This document shows positions 50,842 through 63,626 of a stretch of DNA of 64,000 nucleotides, piece by piece. Each line of letters begins with the position of its first letter. Position 1 is the stretch's first letter. The stretch spans positions 573,587 through 637,586 of the forward strand of contig NW_003314304.1 of assembly GCF_000143415.4 (NCBI RefSeq), in the 5' to 3' direction. The position numbers and the translations under genes are program-made. This DNA comes from Selaginella moellendorffii (Eukaryota > Plantae > Lycopodiophyta). The notes below the pieces were generated by a model. It worked only from the letters and a program-made list of their open reading frames with translations, was not told the DNA's origin and ran no database searches.

Positions 50842-53800
50842 TGTAGTGCATGTGGTTTTTACCCTTTATTCTATGGTGATTTACCATAGGATAACACTAC
50901 GAAGTGGAACCCAAACACTCTTTGTGCCACATGATAGATGCCACGTGTCACATGCCACGTGTCCAAAGGAACGTGGTGTGGAACCCAAAGTTCAAGGCCT
51001 TTGGCCACTGAACGAAGGAACGGTGCCAAACTCCCAAACGTGGAGCCAAGGAGTGCTGGAATCGGACCACGGAGCAACTCCTGAGCATACAACCCAAAGA
51101 GCGATGGGATAGGAGCCCAGAGTGACTTGAAACAGTCCTGGAGCAACTAGCATCCCAATGCCAGGACCAGCACGCAAAACGGAGCCAAACGGAGTTTGGT
51201 GCTATTTCGGCATACCGGTGGCCTAACATGAGAATATGGGTACTCCACTAGCTAGCATGGAATGGAACTTGGGCTTAGACCCAAGCCAGACACAGAACAA
51301 AGACAAGCACGCAATTTGGTATCGGAGCAATTCGGANNNNNNNNNNNNNNNNNNNNNNNNNNNNNNNNNNNNNNNNNNNNNNNNNNNNNNNNNNNNNNNN
51401 NNNNNNNNNNNNNNNNNNNNNNNNNNNNNNNNNNNNNNNNNNNAAGGCATGATAGCGAGGGTGTTTAACAAACACGGTAAACTATCATCCAGCGATATTA
51501 AGGGACTAATCTCAATATGTAAGGGTTCTTGTCAAGCCAGTGCAAGACAGAGCAAAAAAGAACTAAGAGCTAGGCCGAGTATGCTCAGCTAGAAACATAT
51601 AGGAGTTCCTACCTTATGTCCATCTGGCTAAGTACAGATGCTAAGCCCAGTAAACGAACATTTGAACAAGAGGGGCTGATAAAGGGAACCAGCAATACCG
51701 ACCTCCTGCCATCGTGGCAGTAAGGAAAGAATGTCCGTAAGGACTGGCCGACAAATAACTTTCAATACCCGAAGTCACATTCATGACACTTTCCCCCCCT
51801 AGGGAAGATTGATGTCCTTGTCGATACATACTCTAGTCTAGAATACCGTCAAGGAAACAACTCTAGAAAAAGTTCACGGTGCTCACATTATGTGAGAAAT
51901 GCACCAACTTAAATGAGTTAGGGGGCAACCTCTTTGTCTAACGCGGATGCGCTACCAGCTCAGACACCTTCTAGCCGTCGCCAACAAGGAAATGACCAAC
52001 AGAGTCAGCCACCCTTACTGCTTTGGGTGTCGCCTAGCTACAAAAGTGTGATACGCCCCTGCCTGCAGGGACATAGAGAGAGAAACCAGAGGCCCCAACC
52101 CTCATGAGCAAAGAAACCAAACCCGTCGGTAAGGTTTAGATAGACTACTGTAAACAGGTAGTTAGAGTTGTTTACACGGTCACGCCCATTTAACGGAATA
52201 GGAACATCGACAGAGAGGCAGATTATGTGACCAGTCGACAGTAGCTACCCCATGACTAGAGATTTCACCATGCACATGAAGTGCCGAAGCCAGTCTGCCT
52301 ATACTGACCCAAACTCAAAGATCAATAGATGGATAATATCAAAGTCAGAGACAATGATATCTTAGAGACTTAATTATCAATGAATAAAGCTTAGATTAAA
52401 ACACAAAAGTATTCCAAGTAAGTTATCATCCGATAAACCAATATTATAGGATAGGAACCACCAAGATCATTATCATTGAAAAACATAGGATTCACCATCC
52501 AACAAAATTCAATAGTAAATGTATCATCAAGGAAACTCAATGATGAAACTGAACTATTGAAGATGGTAGACAGTGTGCCAAACAATTTACTAATGATAAC
52601 TCAAAGAACACAAAATATCATTGACTGACAAGCACAATGCTCGCGAACGTATCACCCAAAGAAAATAACATCCCAATCTATCAGAACTAACTCGAGCAAC
52701 AATCAACAGAACAAAATGAATATAGTAAGACCAACAAACACTTATTCATGCCAACTATTGCAAAAGCTAATCTGAATAGATGTCGGTCCATAATACTAAG
52801 GAACCAGAGTTGCTTAAGCAAACATCGGCAACATCCTATTGATGTCTAAAACCCAAGAGATCAATCTAGAGCAAACCATAAAAAATATGTGGTATTGCAA
52901 AAAGCCATTAGCTATCAAAGAGAACAATTAACCATCATGAAAGATCATCAATCATCCCATCAAAAAGATATATGCAGAATCATCATCTAAGAAGAAATCC
53001 ACCATCCCGAAGAATAGCAAATCATTCTAGATCAACAATAATCAAGTAAAACCTTTGACAAGGATAATCAACTATCCTAGATGATAGGTAATCATCATCA
53101 ATGATTGCTAAATGCAAAAGCCAACTTCAACATCAAAGCTAGGAGCCAAAATGCTTTCCCCAACAACTTCTAACAAATGGAACAATGAGCACAAAACTCA
53201 AGGAACCAAAAGCTTGAAGAAGCTTATAGATAAGTTTTGCGTAATAATGATCACGAGTCTCATAAAAGCTAACTTCAATGCTAAAGAAGAAATCATGGTG
53301 GAACCCAAAGTATCTTCCTCAACACATTTATAAGCCAAACTTCATAATGCCAAAGCTAATGAAGAGCATTTCTGCATCAATCCAAAAGTTAAGCACAATG
53401 GAGCTATGCTCAACAAGTGATCACTAAATGATCCTCCATGAATCCATCTATAACAAGACGTAAGTCACTTCATAATAAGCCCAAGAGAAATCATCAATGA
53501 TTGATATATCCCAACTAAAATCCAATAAGGATTCAACATTTTCAATATCGATCACTAACTCTTTTTCTTAGTAGAGTTCGTATAGTCCATGATTGAATCA
53601 CGTTTCAAGGAAAAGCTAAAGCTCAACCTCTACTAAACAATCTCGTCTAAAACACAATTAACTCGACTTGCCACTCAGTTCGTTTGAACATCAATATAGT
53701 TACTAACTAGCAAATGCACAAATGCTAATAACATAAAGCTACAACCAAATCATCAACGCTATTTGCATCGAGACTAATGAAACTCAATATAAATCCTATA

Positions 53801-56079
53801 GAAAGACATCTTATTTCACCTGAATCCCAATACCAACAATGTCAATGATAAGGCATCACTTCAATGCCATCAACACCATAACAAAGCTAAAAGAAAGCAT
53901 GAGTGAATCACCACCTAAAACTTCTTACCAACTAAGCTAACTAAAGTTGAAGATACTTTATCCAGTATCCGAGACCAACCCTTCAGCAAAACTCAATTAC
54001 AGATAACACTTCATCAAGGAGTGATTCACCACGTCTAAGACTCAATGAAATCCAACACTATGGACTAAACGTAACCAAACGATATCGACAAATTAATCAA
54101 CATGTCAACATAGAAAACCCATATAAGCCATGATACGATCCTCCGCAACATCATCTAGTAAAGCAAGTCTATCATTGCTAAATCATCATCAAGCGAAGCA
54201 AGTGTCAAACAATCCTCGATGAAGTTTATGAGCAATCACTAGTCGCAGAGCAACTAACAATCACTGTTCAACTTGTCTTCACAAGACCCAAACACTAAAC
54301 TCACATCATCAAGTCATATACTTGTCCAATATGAATGTGATACCTCAGGTATGAGATAAAAGTTCATAGACAAGCACAAACTAAATGACCACTAGAATCC
54401 AACTCAACCGCAATAATCTCATTAAAACATTTAGCCACTAGCTTTAAGCATGTCTTGAAGAGGCTAGTTATACGATCAACACTCAGTTGAAACTAAAGTG
54501 ATGACCATGAGATAAATCTATATCGGTACACAACCTCCTCATAGACAAAGCTATAATACGGGTACCAACATCTTAACCGCAAACAACTAAGTTGGATATC
54601 ACCATCTTTAGCTAAGGCATAGAGCCACCAAGACCAAATCAAGATCAATAAGAGCTCATTACTCTCATAAAGTCTAAGCGAAATGCAAGGTGCAATCTAC
54701 CATCAAGCACAATGCTATAGAAGAAAGGCATAAGGGTCACCTTTCTAGAAAAGTGTAACGACCACTTTTCTATACCAACTCTAGACTCTATCCAACTCAA
54801 TTGCCTTAGCCTCAAAAGTCAGCATCCCTTTTGGGTTGCATCATACAAACTACCTACCAAAGTCTAAGCTAACCGAAGTCAATTCACTAGTTTGTACTTG
54901 TTTACAAAAATGGAATAGTTTTTAGCAAAGTGACCAACAGATCAGCCATTGGAGAAGTCTAAGAAAATTTATAGAAAATTTCCATCCTAGAGAAAAAATG
55001 ACTCTCAGTCCAGGATTGCAAACTTTCAAGATTCAACCAACTTCCTCCTACAAACAATTTCACATAGGTTCACCTCAACACAAATTCTCATGATCCAACA
55101 ATATGCTTAAGCATCGAACATCTTTGCCCATATAACCGACATCCAAAACTGACATCCGCAAAGTGCAAAATGAACATCCAAGGCTTGATCACAAAGACCA
55201 TATCTTTAGATATCCACATTGCACTAACACTCTTCTTCAATCACCTTCAAGATCCAATGTGAAGCCAAAACACTAAAAAAAAAAATGACATAGAAAATCA
55301 AGGTCCAAGGAAAATTCCTCATCACTTGAAATAACAATGCCACCTCCACTAACACAAGTGTTAGTGATGTCAATGCCCCAACTACACATCTTCTCCATCC
55401 AACTATCTACTCCAAGTGCTAATGGATCAACCGACGAGTTATAGTAAATGAATGCTACAACCCTTTTCAACACCTTATAGGTAAACCCAAGGAACAAAGT
55501 ACAAACTTAAGCTTAGCATAATAGACCATCTCTGAGAATCCAGTTAAAGCTACCTTAATGCTACTTCGTGCAAGTAAATTAGCTTCTCCATCAACCACTT
55601 TGGGGCTGAGTCTCAGTCTTAGTCTTGACATCAACTCCACCTCAAGTCCATCTCGAACTCGACCTCGGACTCCATTTCGAGTCCATCTCGGACTCCATCT
55701 CGAACTCCATCTTAGATGCATCTTGGACTTCATCTCGGATCCATCTTAGACTCTATCTTGAACTTCATTTTAGACTTCATCTCGGGTCCATCTCGAACTC
55801 GAGTCCATCTTGGACTCCTTCTGAGACTCCTTCTTAAACTCCATCTTGACACTTTCACATATCATGTGGTGGTCCTTTTGTGTCCCTTTTCTAGAGACTC
55901 ACTGCTTGCTTCATGCTTGTTCCTCAAGCACTTCGTTAGGAATTCCACTTTAACTCTCGATTGTCCCAATTGGAGCTCCTATTCCAAATGTGTTATATTT
56001 GTTTGGCTTCCACTTTAGCCACTACCATATAGCACCCTTTTGGCTCCACTTTGGGGCTTAGGGATTTGTGTCTCATACA
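50842..56079 (-). mobile_element. Inverted LARD-family element: 3' LTR 50842-51788, internal region to about 55600, 5' end from the satellite-bearing LTR variant
   Basis: Reverse complement of 27670-31693-type sequence, with a PPT next to 51788. The 5' end TGTATGAGACAC at 56079 is homologous to 16839 onward. N gap at 51337-51443. Confidence 0.8.
55605..55850 (-). repeat. GAGATGGA-type minisatellite (reverse complement copy)
   Basis: TCCATCTC-based tandem units. Confidence 0.85.
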
Positions 56080-56900
56080 GATTAGATGAAAAATAATATT
56101 GACGATTTCAACAATGCTCGCAATGATATAATACAATCAAAAAGATGATCAACAAAAAAATTGAGATATTGCACTTTACCTAAGAAGCATTGCATGTCAT
56201 TCATACACTTCAAAGTAGGGAACTTTAAAATAGCCATAAGTTTGTTAGGATCAACTTACAAATTTTCACAAAAAATATAGTACCTAAGATAAATCGTATC
56301 TTTGGATTCAAATATGCATTTTGACTACTTTAGCTTTAAACCAACTTTCTACAATCAATTTAACACATTACAAACATTATAGATGTGCTTCTTTTACATC
56401 CTCTCCAAGTAGATCAAAATATCATTGATGAAGTCAGTAGTCACCTCCAATAAAAATCTAACTTCATGAACTAATGACTTCTCCCCAAACAATTTAGGAG
56501 ATCAATAGTGTGAGGAAGAGGGTACATATTTGAGATAGTCACCTCATTAACAAATGATAGTCAATACAGAAGTGAATACTCCTATCAGGTTTTATTAGAA
56601 GATGAAGTTCACATGCTTAAGGACTTAAGACTTTCAAATAATACCCTTCTCTAACATCTCCTTGATATTCACACATAAAATCTTAATCCCCTTTGATGAT
56701 TGATGTTAAACAAGAATTTTGATTGGACAAGCATCCTCAATTAAAATAGGATGATGTGTTACAATTTTAGCCCCAAACAACAAGTCAAAATTAAAAATAT
56801 CAATATACTTCTTCTTGAGTCTATCCACCATTACAACACAAAGACTGTTGAAGGGATCTAGAGAGGGAATAAAGAAGCAAAATGGAAATACAATAGGAAA
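56080..56900 (-). pseudogene. Ty3/gypsy reverse transcriptase relic, probably the same old element as the RNase H at 49960-50400
   Basis: Minus-strand FINDILIY, VDPNKLMAILKFPTLK and MNDMQCFLGKVQYL. Confidence 0.7.
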
Positions 56901-57145
56901 TAATGGGGAAATAAAAGTGATGGAAACAAAGGTAAAAACAAAAGGATGAAAGGGAACAAAAGTAAGAGGAATGAAGAAAACATAAATATGAAACAAGGGG
57001 GCGAAGTCTTAAAGTTATACTTGGTATACTTGTGCTTTAATCAATCTATACCAAGGATGAGGTCAAAAATTAAACTTAGTATCACTCACAATAATTGAAT
57101 TCAAGCTTGAGATCTCCTATACGCACAATTAAGTTCTCTTTATCC

Positions 57146-57183
57146 CACACACACACACAGATATATATATATATATATATATA
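57146..57183. repeat. (CA)n(AT)n compound microsatellite
   Basis: Directly visible. Confidence 0.95.
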
Positions 57184-57699
57184 AGGCCCTTGCCATAAAG
57201 AATAAAGATTGGCTTTGCCACATGATATAATTATAGACAGCAACATATAGCAATAGGCTGAACAATAGAAAATAAACTCAAGTTTATATCAACTAATATA
57301 GAAAGAATAAAAGAAGACCTTTTTTTTATAAAAATGGGCTTGAAAAGTAAGCATTGAATAAACTGATATCAAATGAACCCTTTGATGGTACTCTTGAAAG
57401 AAAGATGGAGGGGTCACTGATTTATTCACATAAGGACCCTCCACTACTCATGTAACTCCTCGTTTCTTAGAAAAATCTTTATGCCAAGACCTTCTACTAT
57501 AGTAGCATTAACGAGACATTGTTAATATCAAAGCTTGCACCCAAGAAATGGAGGATGCCAACCCAAAAAATGCCAACAATGATAATATGTGTGGCCACTC
57601 CTAACAACAGATATTATGACCATGATCACGTCTTCGTCTTTGTCTTTGGACAAGAGCAACAACATCAATCTCCATTAGAATAAGACCATCTCCCACATG

Positions 57700-60485
57700 A
57701 AGGGGAGTTGAAAGACATACAACAAGAAGTGGAAGAGGCAATGTCTCATAATATTGTGTCAGTCAAAAAACATTGTAAAGGATGATTGGAGCAAATGCAT
57801 ATACAAATCCCATAAGATCTTGATGAAAGTGTTGGCCTTAATATTTCAATTTGATCCGCTCCAACATATTTGGCTCCTGCATGAAGCAAGAGGCTTTAAA
57901 AATAAATGCCCAAATTGCATTATTGGATAGCTTCAAGTGGCCTAAAAATCACTCACCATAATCATCAATATGTCCAAATACATACTTGAAGATATCCAAA
58001 AGAATGCTCTAATCTGCATGAGTGGTTGCGCTCAAATTATTGTACTATGGCAATGTTGTCCTTTGTAAACGCTAAACATCATCTCAAGAATAATAGGTAG
58101 CAATCATAATAAAGTGATTAAACTAATGGTACACATCATCTCTAGGATTCCCATAGAATAACTTCAGCCATATGTGAAGATTGACAGTAAGAGCAAGAAG
58201 TGCTGTAACATATACTATAAATGCTGCCATCAACTAAGCCTGATTATTCAATTGCAACCACATAGTTATAAGCAACTAAAAGAATGATAGAGAATGTCAG
58301 TATATCAAAGAGGTTTCAAGTCCGACTTTATTAGTTAATTAGGGGAATCACACCATATATTGAGATTTTGGGCTCAACTTGAAAGGTTAAATGACTAAAA
58401 AGAACAACTCAAAAAATGATTCATAAAAGTTTAAATATAAAGGGAAAAGATCCATAACAAAAATGTACCCCATTTTAAATTGGTTAAGAGTTTTATGATA
58501 TTTAGGATTAAGTGTTTTTGGGTTTAAATAATATTAGACTGAATGACTTCCCAAGAAATTCAAATTCAAAAGTTTAAAATTGCATTGAATAACTACACTA
58601 ATTGCTCCTCCAAAATCAAAGGAGGAGGAAGTTACTCTCACAAAAACATGCATTTTAATTATCCCAAAACCCCTAGTTTATATAGTTTGGATTGAAACCA
58701 ATCCAACGCCTCTATCCCCAAGAGTATGATCCTTAAAAGTAGCTCCCCCTATTCACCTTTGTCTACAATGCCCCTGGACAATAATGTTTGGAGAGGCTTA
58801 AATAGAAGTCTGTAGCCATCTGGTGTCTCCTTAACTGTTAGATACACACTAATGCAGCTTCAGAAAGAACCTATGTAGTAAATAACCTAGATTGGCAATT
58901 TAATGTAATTAGCATATGACCCATAATTAGATCTTTCATGAGTTTGGATCAAAAGTCTATAGAAATCCCATATCTGATTGCCAACATGGTACTGCACACA
59001 TGCTCACTGTACTAGGTGATATAACCAAGGTAAGCTTATACTGCACAATCCCAAATACCGTTCAAAACGCCTCTGCCTTACATGCATCTGTAGCACGCTC
59101 AAGCAATCAGTGAGGATCCTGGCAGGATTCAAATGCATAAATAGCAGGATCCTGAGCAAGGTTGCTCAAGTAGAGAGACCACCAAAGCAGTCGGCCATAC
59201 TTGAGCATCCACTCATTACTAACCACCTCCTCAAAACAATTCCCCTGTGTAGATGTAGCCAGCAGAGTGTGCTGTTTTCCCCGATATCTCCCTTAAAGAA
59301 GGCAATTAAAGGAGACGGAAGAAAAAACCCAAGGACCAGATTCCGACTCTGCAAAGAAGGATCGCACCACTCAGGTTCTAAGAAATTGGTGACCCTGGAT
59401 GTAGTGTCTATGAACAGAGTTAAACATGTTCCACCTAACGCTCGTGTAGATCTTCGAAGTGGCGTCCATCTATGGAAAGGTAACAGCAACCGGGCTTCAT
59501 TGAAGACAAACAGCAGCTTCAACAGTTGGCCTGTCATCTCCATACCAATTCCCAAAGCCAGGGACCTCAAGAATATAACTCTGGAAGACTTCAATGGCTT
59601 TAGTCTCCCATGTCGTCCATAGTTCAACTGAGTACTAGCCTGTATCTTCTTGAGAAACTTAAGTTTCCATTCAAGTTTTTTAATCCGATTCTCCACCCCC
59701 GGCCAAAATCCCTTTCCACCATCTACCGTCATCATGTTTGAAAACACTTGCAGCCCCCACGGCTCCTCTTTCCCTAGTCCTCCACCCAGCTCCTCAATGC
59801 ATGCGATCCAATAAGCCAGACAGTAGGTCATGCATGCGAGATGGCCTGCGTAATCTCCATTTCCCAGTGCCTGCCTTGCACGGCCGAGGAAAGCATTTCT
59901 AAAATATGAGGGCTGAGGATAACAGGAGCCAGAACCCAGCGACAAGTAAATGACCCAAACCTGTTTCCGATGTAACTCTCGAACCACCCTCGACTTACCC
60001 CAGCCGCTGGACTGGAAGAGACCAACGATACGTGAAAAATCAGTCTCCTTCTTGATCTTGTTCAGGGCATCGTAAAACGAGTCTACTCCACTGCCCTGAT
60101 ATTCCATGTCAAGTGCTCGACCTGTAGCAGCAGCAAACATAAACATTCATGCAAACTGACGCACTTACTTGCCAATCGTTAACTCTATGCCATGTTGTGG
60201 ACTTGTCCTTGTACTGCTACTGCTCCTCCGGTGTCAGCTTGTACCAGCAAGCTCTATAGATTTCATCAAGCCATTCCTCGCCGTTCAGCTTCTTGTGGAT
60301 ACACTCCCAAGATTTGAAAAGAAGCGCTGGGTACTTCTCCAACACCATTCTCATTTTTGATTCCCGCGCCTCGTTGTCTATTTGTTGCAGCGCCATTTCA
60401 AGTACATACTGTGGGCCGATGCCTTAGTGTTTCTCTTGGTGCTCTGGCGACAACTTGTCCCAACTCTCAAGCAGCAGATCCAAAT
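57700..60485 (-). pseudogene. CR/Crinkler-like NTPase plus putative C-terminal nuclease-fold pseudogene, longer copy 2
   Basis: ORF 59166-60146 with Walker motifs. Downstream broken frames give KYGRLLWWS, MLAIRYG...GHM, VLSEAA, GIVDKGE*GELLLRIILL and FNHF (58111-58122). Confidence 0.65.
58340..58580 (+). mobile_element. Cassandra-like TRIM fragment inserted in the CR-like pseudogene
   Basis: Plus-strand homolog of 47540-47760 (AATCACACCATATATTGA...AATATAAAGGGAAAAG...GATTAAGTGTTTTTGGGTTTAAATAATATTAG). Confidence 0.6.
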
Positions 60486-60644
60486 ACATCAGCTTCCTGT
60501 CAGAAATGAAACCTTTCCGGGCTTTGACGATATCTCATCTCCACCGATCGCATCCGCTCTTGTGCACATAGCAGCAGCCCGTATGCCTCGTCGCTCTCTT
60601 CCCGAATCCTCTTTCGGTCCTCGCTGCCTTTTACCTCTGTCGGC

Positions 60645-61345
60645 CATAGTTGGGGCTAGGGCTTGTAATCGTGGATCCAGCAGCGTCGACTCATGTATTC
60701 CAAGTGTGGAAACATGGTGGAGGCTGAGAGAGTTCAGGAGCATGCCTTGCCACAGCCTGGTGTCGTGGATAAGTCGCACAGGATTTGCAGCAGGAAAAGT
60801 TTTCAGGGAGGACATTTCATTGATGAAATGCTCGGCTTCTTGCAGTCTCCGACACCGTGCGAGGAGATCGATCATACAGATATAGTGATCTGGAGAGGCT
60901 GAAATTATGCCCTGGAAATTCTGGTGGCCGTTCCCGCGTGGCTACATGTTGCCAGAAGGTTGAGAAAAGTGATTTGGTTTGGGAGAATTCCCTCGAGCTT
61001 CATCGCCTGGAAGATCTCTAGCGCTGCTTCCTCCTATTCAATGTAGGCAGTGAGCATCGCCGTCCAGGAGATCACGTCGCGCTCGCACATGGAATCAAAC
61101 ACGGCTCTCGCGTCTAGGGAATTGCGATCTTCTTCGACTCCACAGCAACCAAGACTCGTCCGCGCTCCAGGCTGGGGATCGCCGCACAGGCATCGATCGC
61201 CAGAGTGAAGGAAACCTCCTCGACCAAGACTCCCTCCAGATCCATGCGCACAAAGATCACGAGGGATTCTGGCGCGCGAATCCACTGACCGCCCCCCAGG
61301 AGACGGCATCCTTGCGATCACGAGCAGCCTCTTCAGTCCCACTGC
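60645..61345. pseudogene. PPR fragments on both strands, copy 2
   Basis: Duplicate of 19690-20390. Confidence 0.8.
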
Positions 61346-62330
61346 TCTCCACCTTTACAATTGAAATGCTGGCCCACACAGACTGCATTAACGAGATTAG
61401 AAAATCTTTTGTATATCAAAGTATGTCTATGTAAGAAAAATTGAAGAACACAGCTTTTAGCTTTTTGTGGTATTTTTGTAAATTTTTGTAACTTCACTTG
61501 TAATGTATGCTAAAATACATTTGTATGTTAACCAACATCACATGTAATATATGAGGTATTCCATCAATTCCTCCTTTAACAATGCCAAGCCCAGCAAGAG
61601 CATTGACAAGATCCAAGGCAAACATTTTTTCCTGCGCTTCTTTCTTGTCAGCATCATTTTCCTCATTATATTTGTCATATATCGCATTTGTAAAAGTCGT
61701 TATAGTAAAATAACATAATTTTAGAAAAGAGAAGGTTCTTATGAATTTTGTTTTTGGTTTACTTAAAGCAAACTTGATATACCTAGAATATATTTGAATA
61801 TTTTAGAATATTCTACCATTTAAGGGTTGTTATTTATTTTCTATAATTTATAAACATGGTTATAATTTATAAATTTTTCTAAACACTTTTTAGTATATTC
61901 TTTTTTATTCTACCATCTAATTGTTGACATGCAATAAGATTAGTCTTGTTTTTATAAATTATATACATGTTTATAATTATAAATTTTCATTTGATCAATA
62001 AATAAAAATAACACTACTATTAAGCAAACTAAATATTGCCACAACAATTTTTTTTAAACTACTCAGTTTAGTAGTACTTAATTACTTTTATATTTCAATA
62101 TTTTAAAGTTTGTCAAAACCTTCATTTCTTTGATTAAGATTTCCTTTATAATACTTATAATTAAGTACTTGACTTGCATTAAATTAACCTAAACTCGTAA
62201 AACTTTAAACCACCCCAGGAGCTTGGATAGCCTTGTAGCTCCTTTCGAGAGGTTTCTTTCTTCCTACGATCTGCCACGCAATCCCACCGGGTGAAAGAAA
62301 TTCACAAGATTATTTTTCCTTGCGAATCTC

Positions 62331-63340
62331 ATGTGGGGACATGGTCTAGATTGGCCTTCAATCACATCTGCCGACCCAATGTCTTCTGCTCTTGGCGATT
62401 GCCCAGAATGGAACCTTGGGACGGCGTTCCAGCATGGTTCGAAGCAATGCCCAAGAGAGATGTTACGACACTACGCAGCTGATGGGAACTTGGATCAAGC
62501 CCAGGAACTGTTTGATCGAATGCCGAGAAGAATGTAGTGGCATGGACTGTGATGGTTACCGCATTTCACCATAAAGGGGATCTGGATAGTGCGAAAGAGT
62601 TGTTTGATAAGATGCCTGAGAGAAATCCGGTTTCTTGGGGTGCTCTGATGGCGGCTTACGCAGTGCACAACCGGCTTGAAGAAGTGAAGCGTTTGTTTGA
62701 TGCGATGGAGAAATCAAACGTTTACGTCTACACTGTGATGATCACTGCGTATGCCAAAGCAGGGGAAATTGCAAATGCGGAGAGGATGTTTGCTCTCATG
62801 CCTGAGAAGGACGTAATCGCTCAAACTACAATGCTGCAAGCGTTTGCTCACAATGGTCTTGTTGAGAAGGCAAGCAAGATCTTTGATGTAATCCTTGACA
62901 AGTATGAAATGCCTTGGAACGATATGATCAATTGCATATGCTAAAAAAGGGCAGGCATTTCATGCAAAGCAAGTGTTTGATTCCACGCCCGCAAAGAAAC
63001 AAAACATCGTGACTTAGAACTCAATGCTCTAGCTGTTTAATCTCCTAGCTCTAGAGCTGCTGAAAACCATGCAGCTCGAAAGGATCAAACCAAACGAGAT
63101 AACTTTCATCGCAGCACTGGGTGCCTGTGCTGACGCCGGCAAGCTTGAAACTGGACAAGCGTTCCACGCCAAGATCATCGATCAAGGACCAATGCATCCA
63201 GGTCTTGCTGGTGAATATGTATGGGAAATGCCGTAGCCTGGTGGATACTGTCAGTCTTCAACCAAACCCAAGTGAGCCTCCGCAACACTATTTGCTGGAT
63301 TGTGATGATCATGGCTTTTGAAGACAACCACCACTTGCCG
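62331..63340 (+). pseudogene. PLS-type PPR pseudogene, less decayed copy
   Basis: ORF 62537-62944 AWTVMVTAFHHKGDLDSAKELFDKMPERNPVSWGALMAAYA... with flanking frameshifts and stops. Confidence 0.9.
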
Positions 63341-63626
63341 GTCGTGCGCTTCATAGGCTGATATCAGAACACCCCAAAAAACCGGATTTCTCTCCTGTCA
63401 AACAACTCTATTTTGCGATCATAGTCCCCTTTCTGGGTACCATCACAGTCCATGCCACTTCGATCAAACAGTTCCTGGGTTTGATCCAACTTCCCATCAG
63501 CTGCATAGCATCGTATCATCACGACCCCGGAGCAGCCCAGCGAAGAAAGAAACCTCTCAAAAGGAAGCTACCTTTTGTGAAACTTCTATATAAGAGTTCC
63601 AAGAATTAGGGTTTGATAGGATTCTT

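Noticed and set aside
51317-51328. PBS-like TGGTATCGGAGC inside the inverted LTR
   Set aside because: It lies at a contig end next to an N gap without its own LTR; a nested element cannot be distinguished from a mis-assembly.
62537-62944. Functional PPR RNA-editing factor
   Set aside because: Only a few motifs are in frame, flanked by stops and frameshifts, and no intact E/DYW domain is present.
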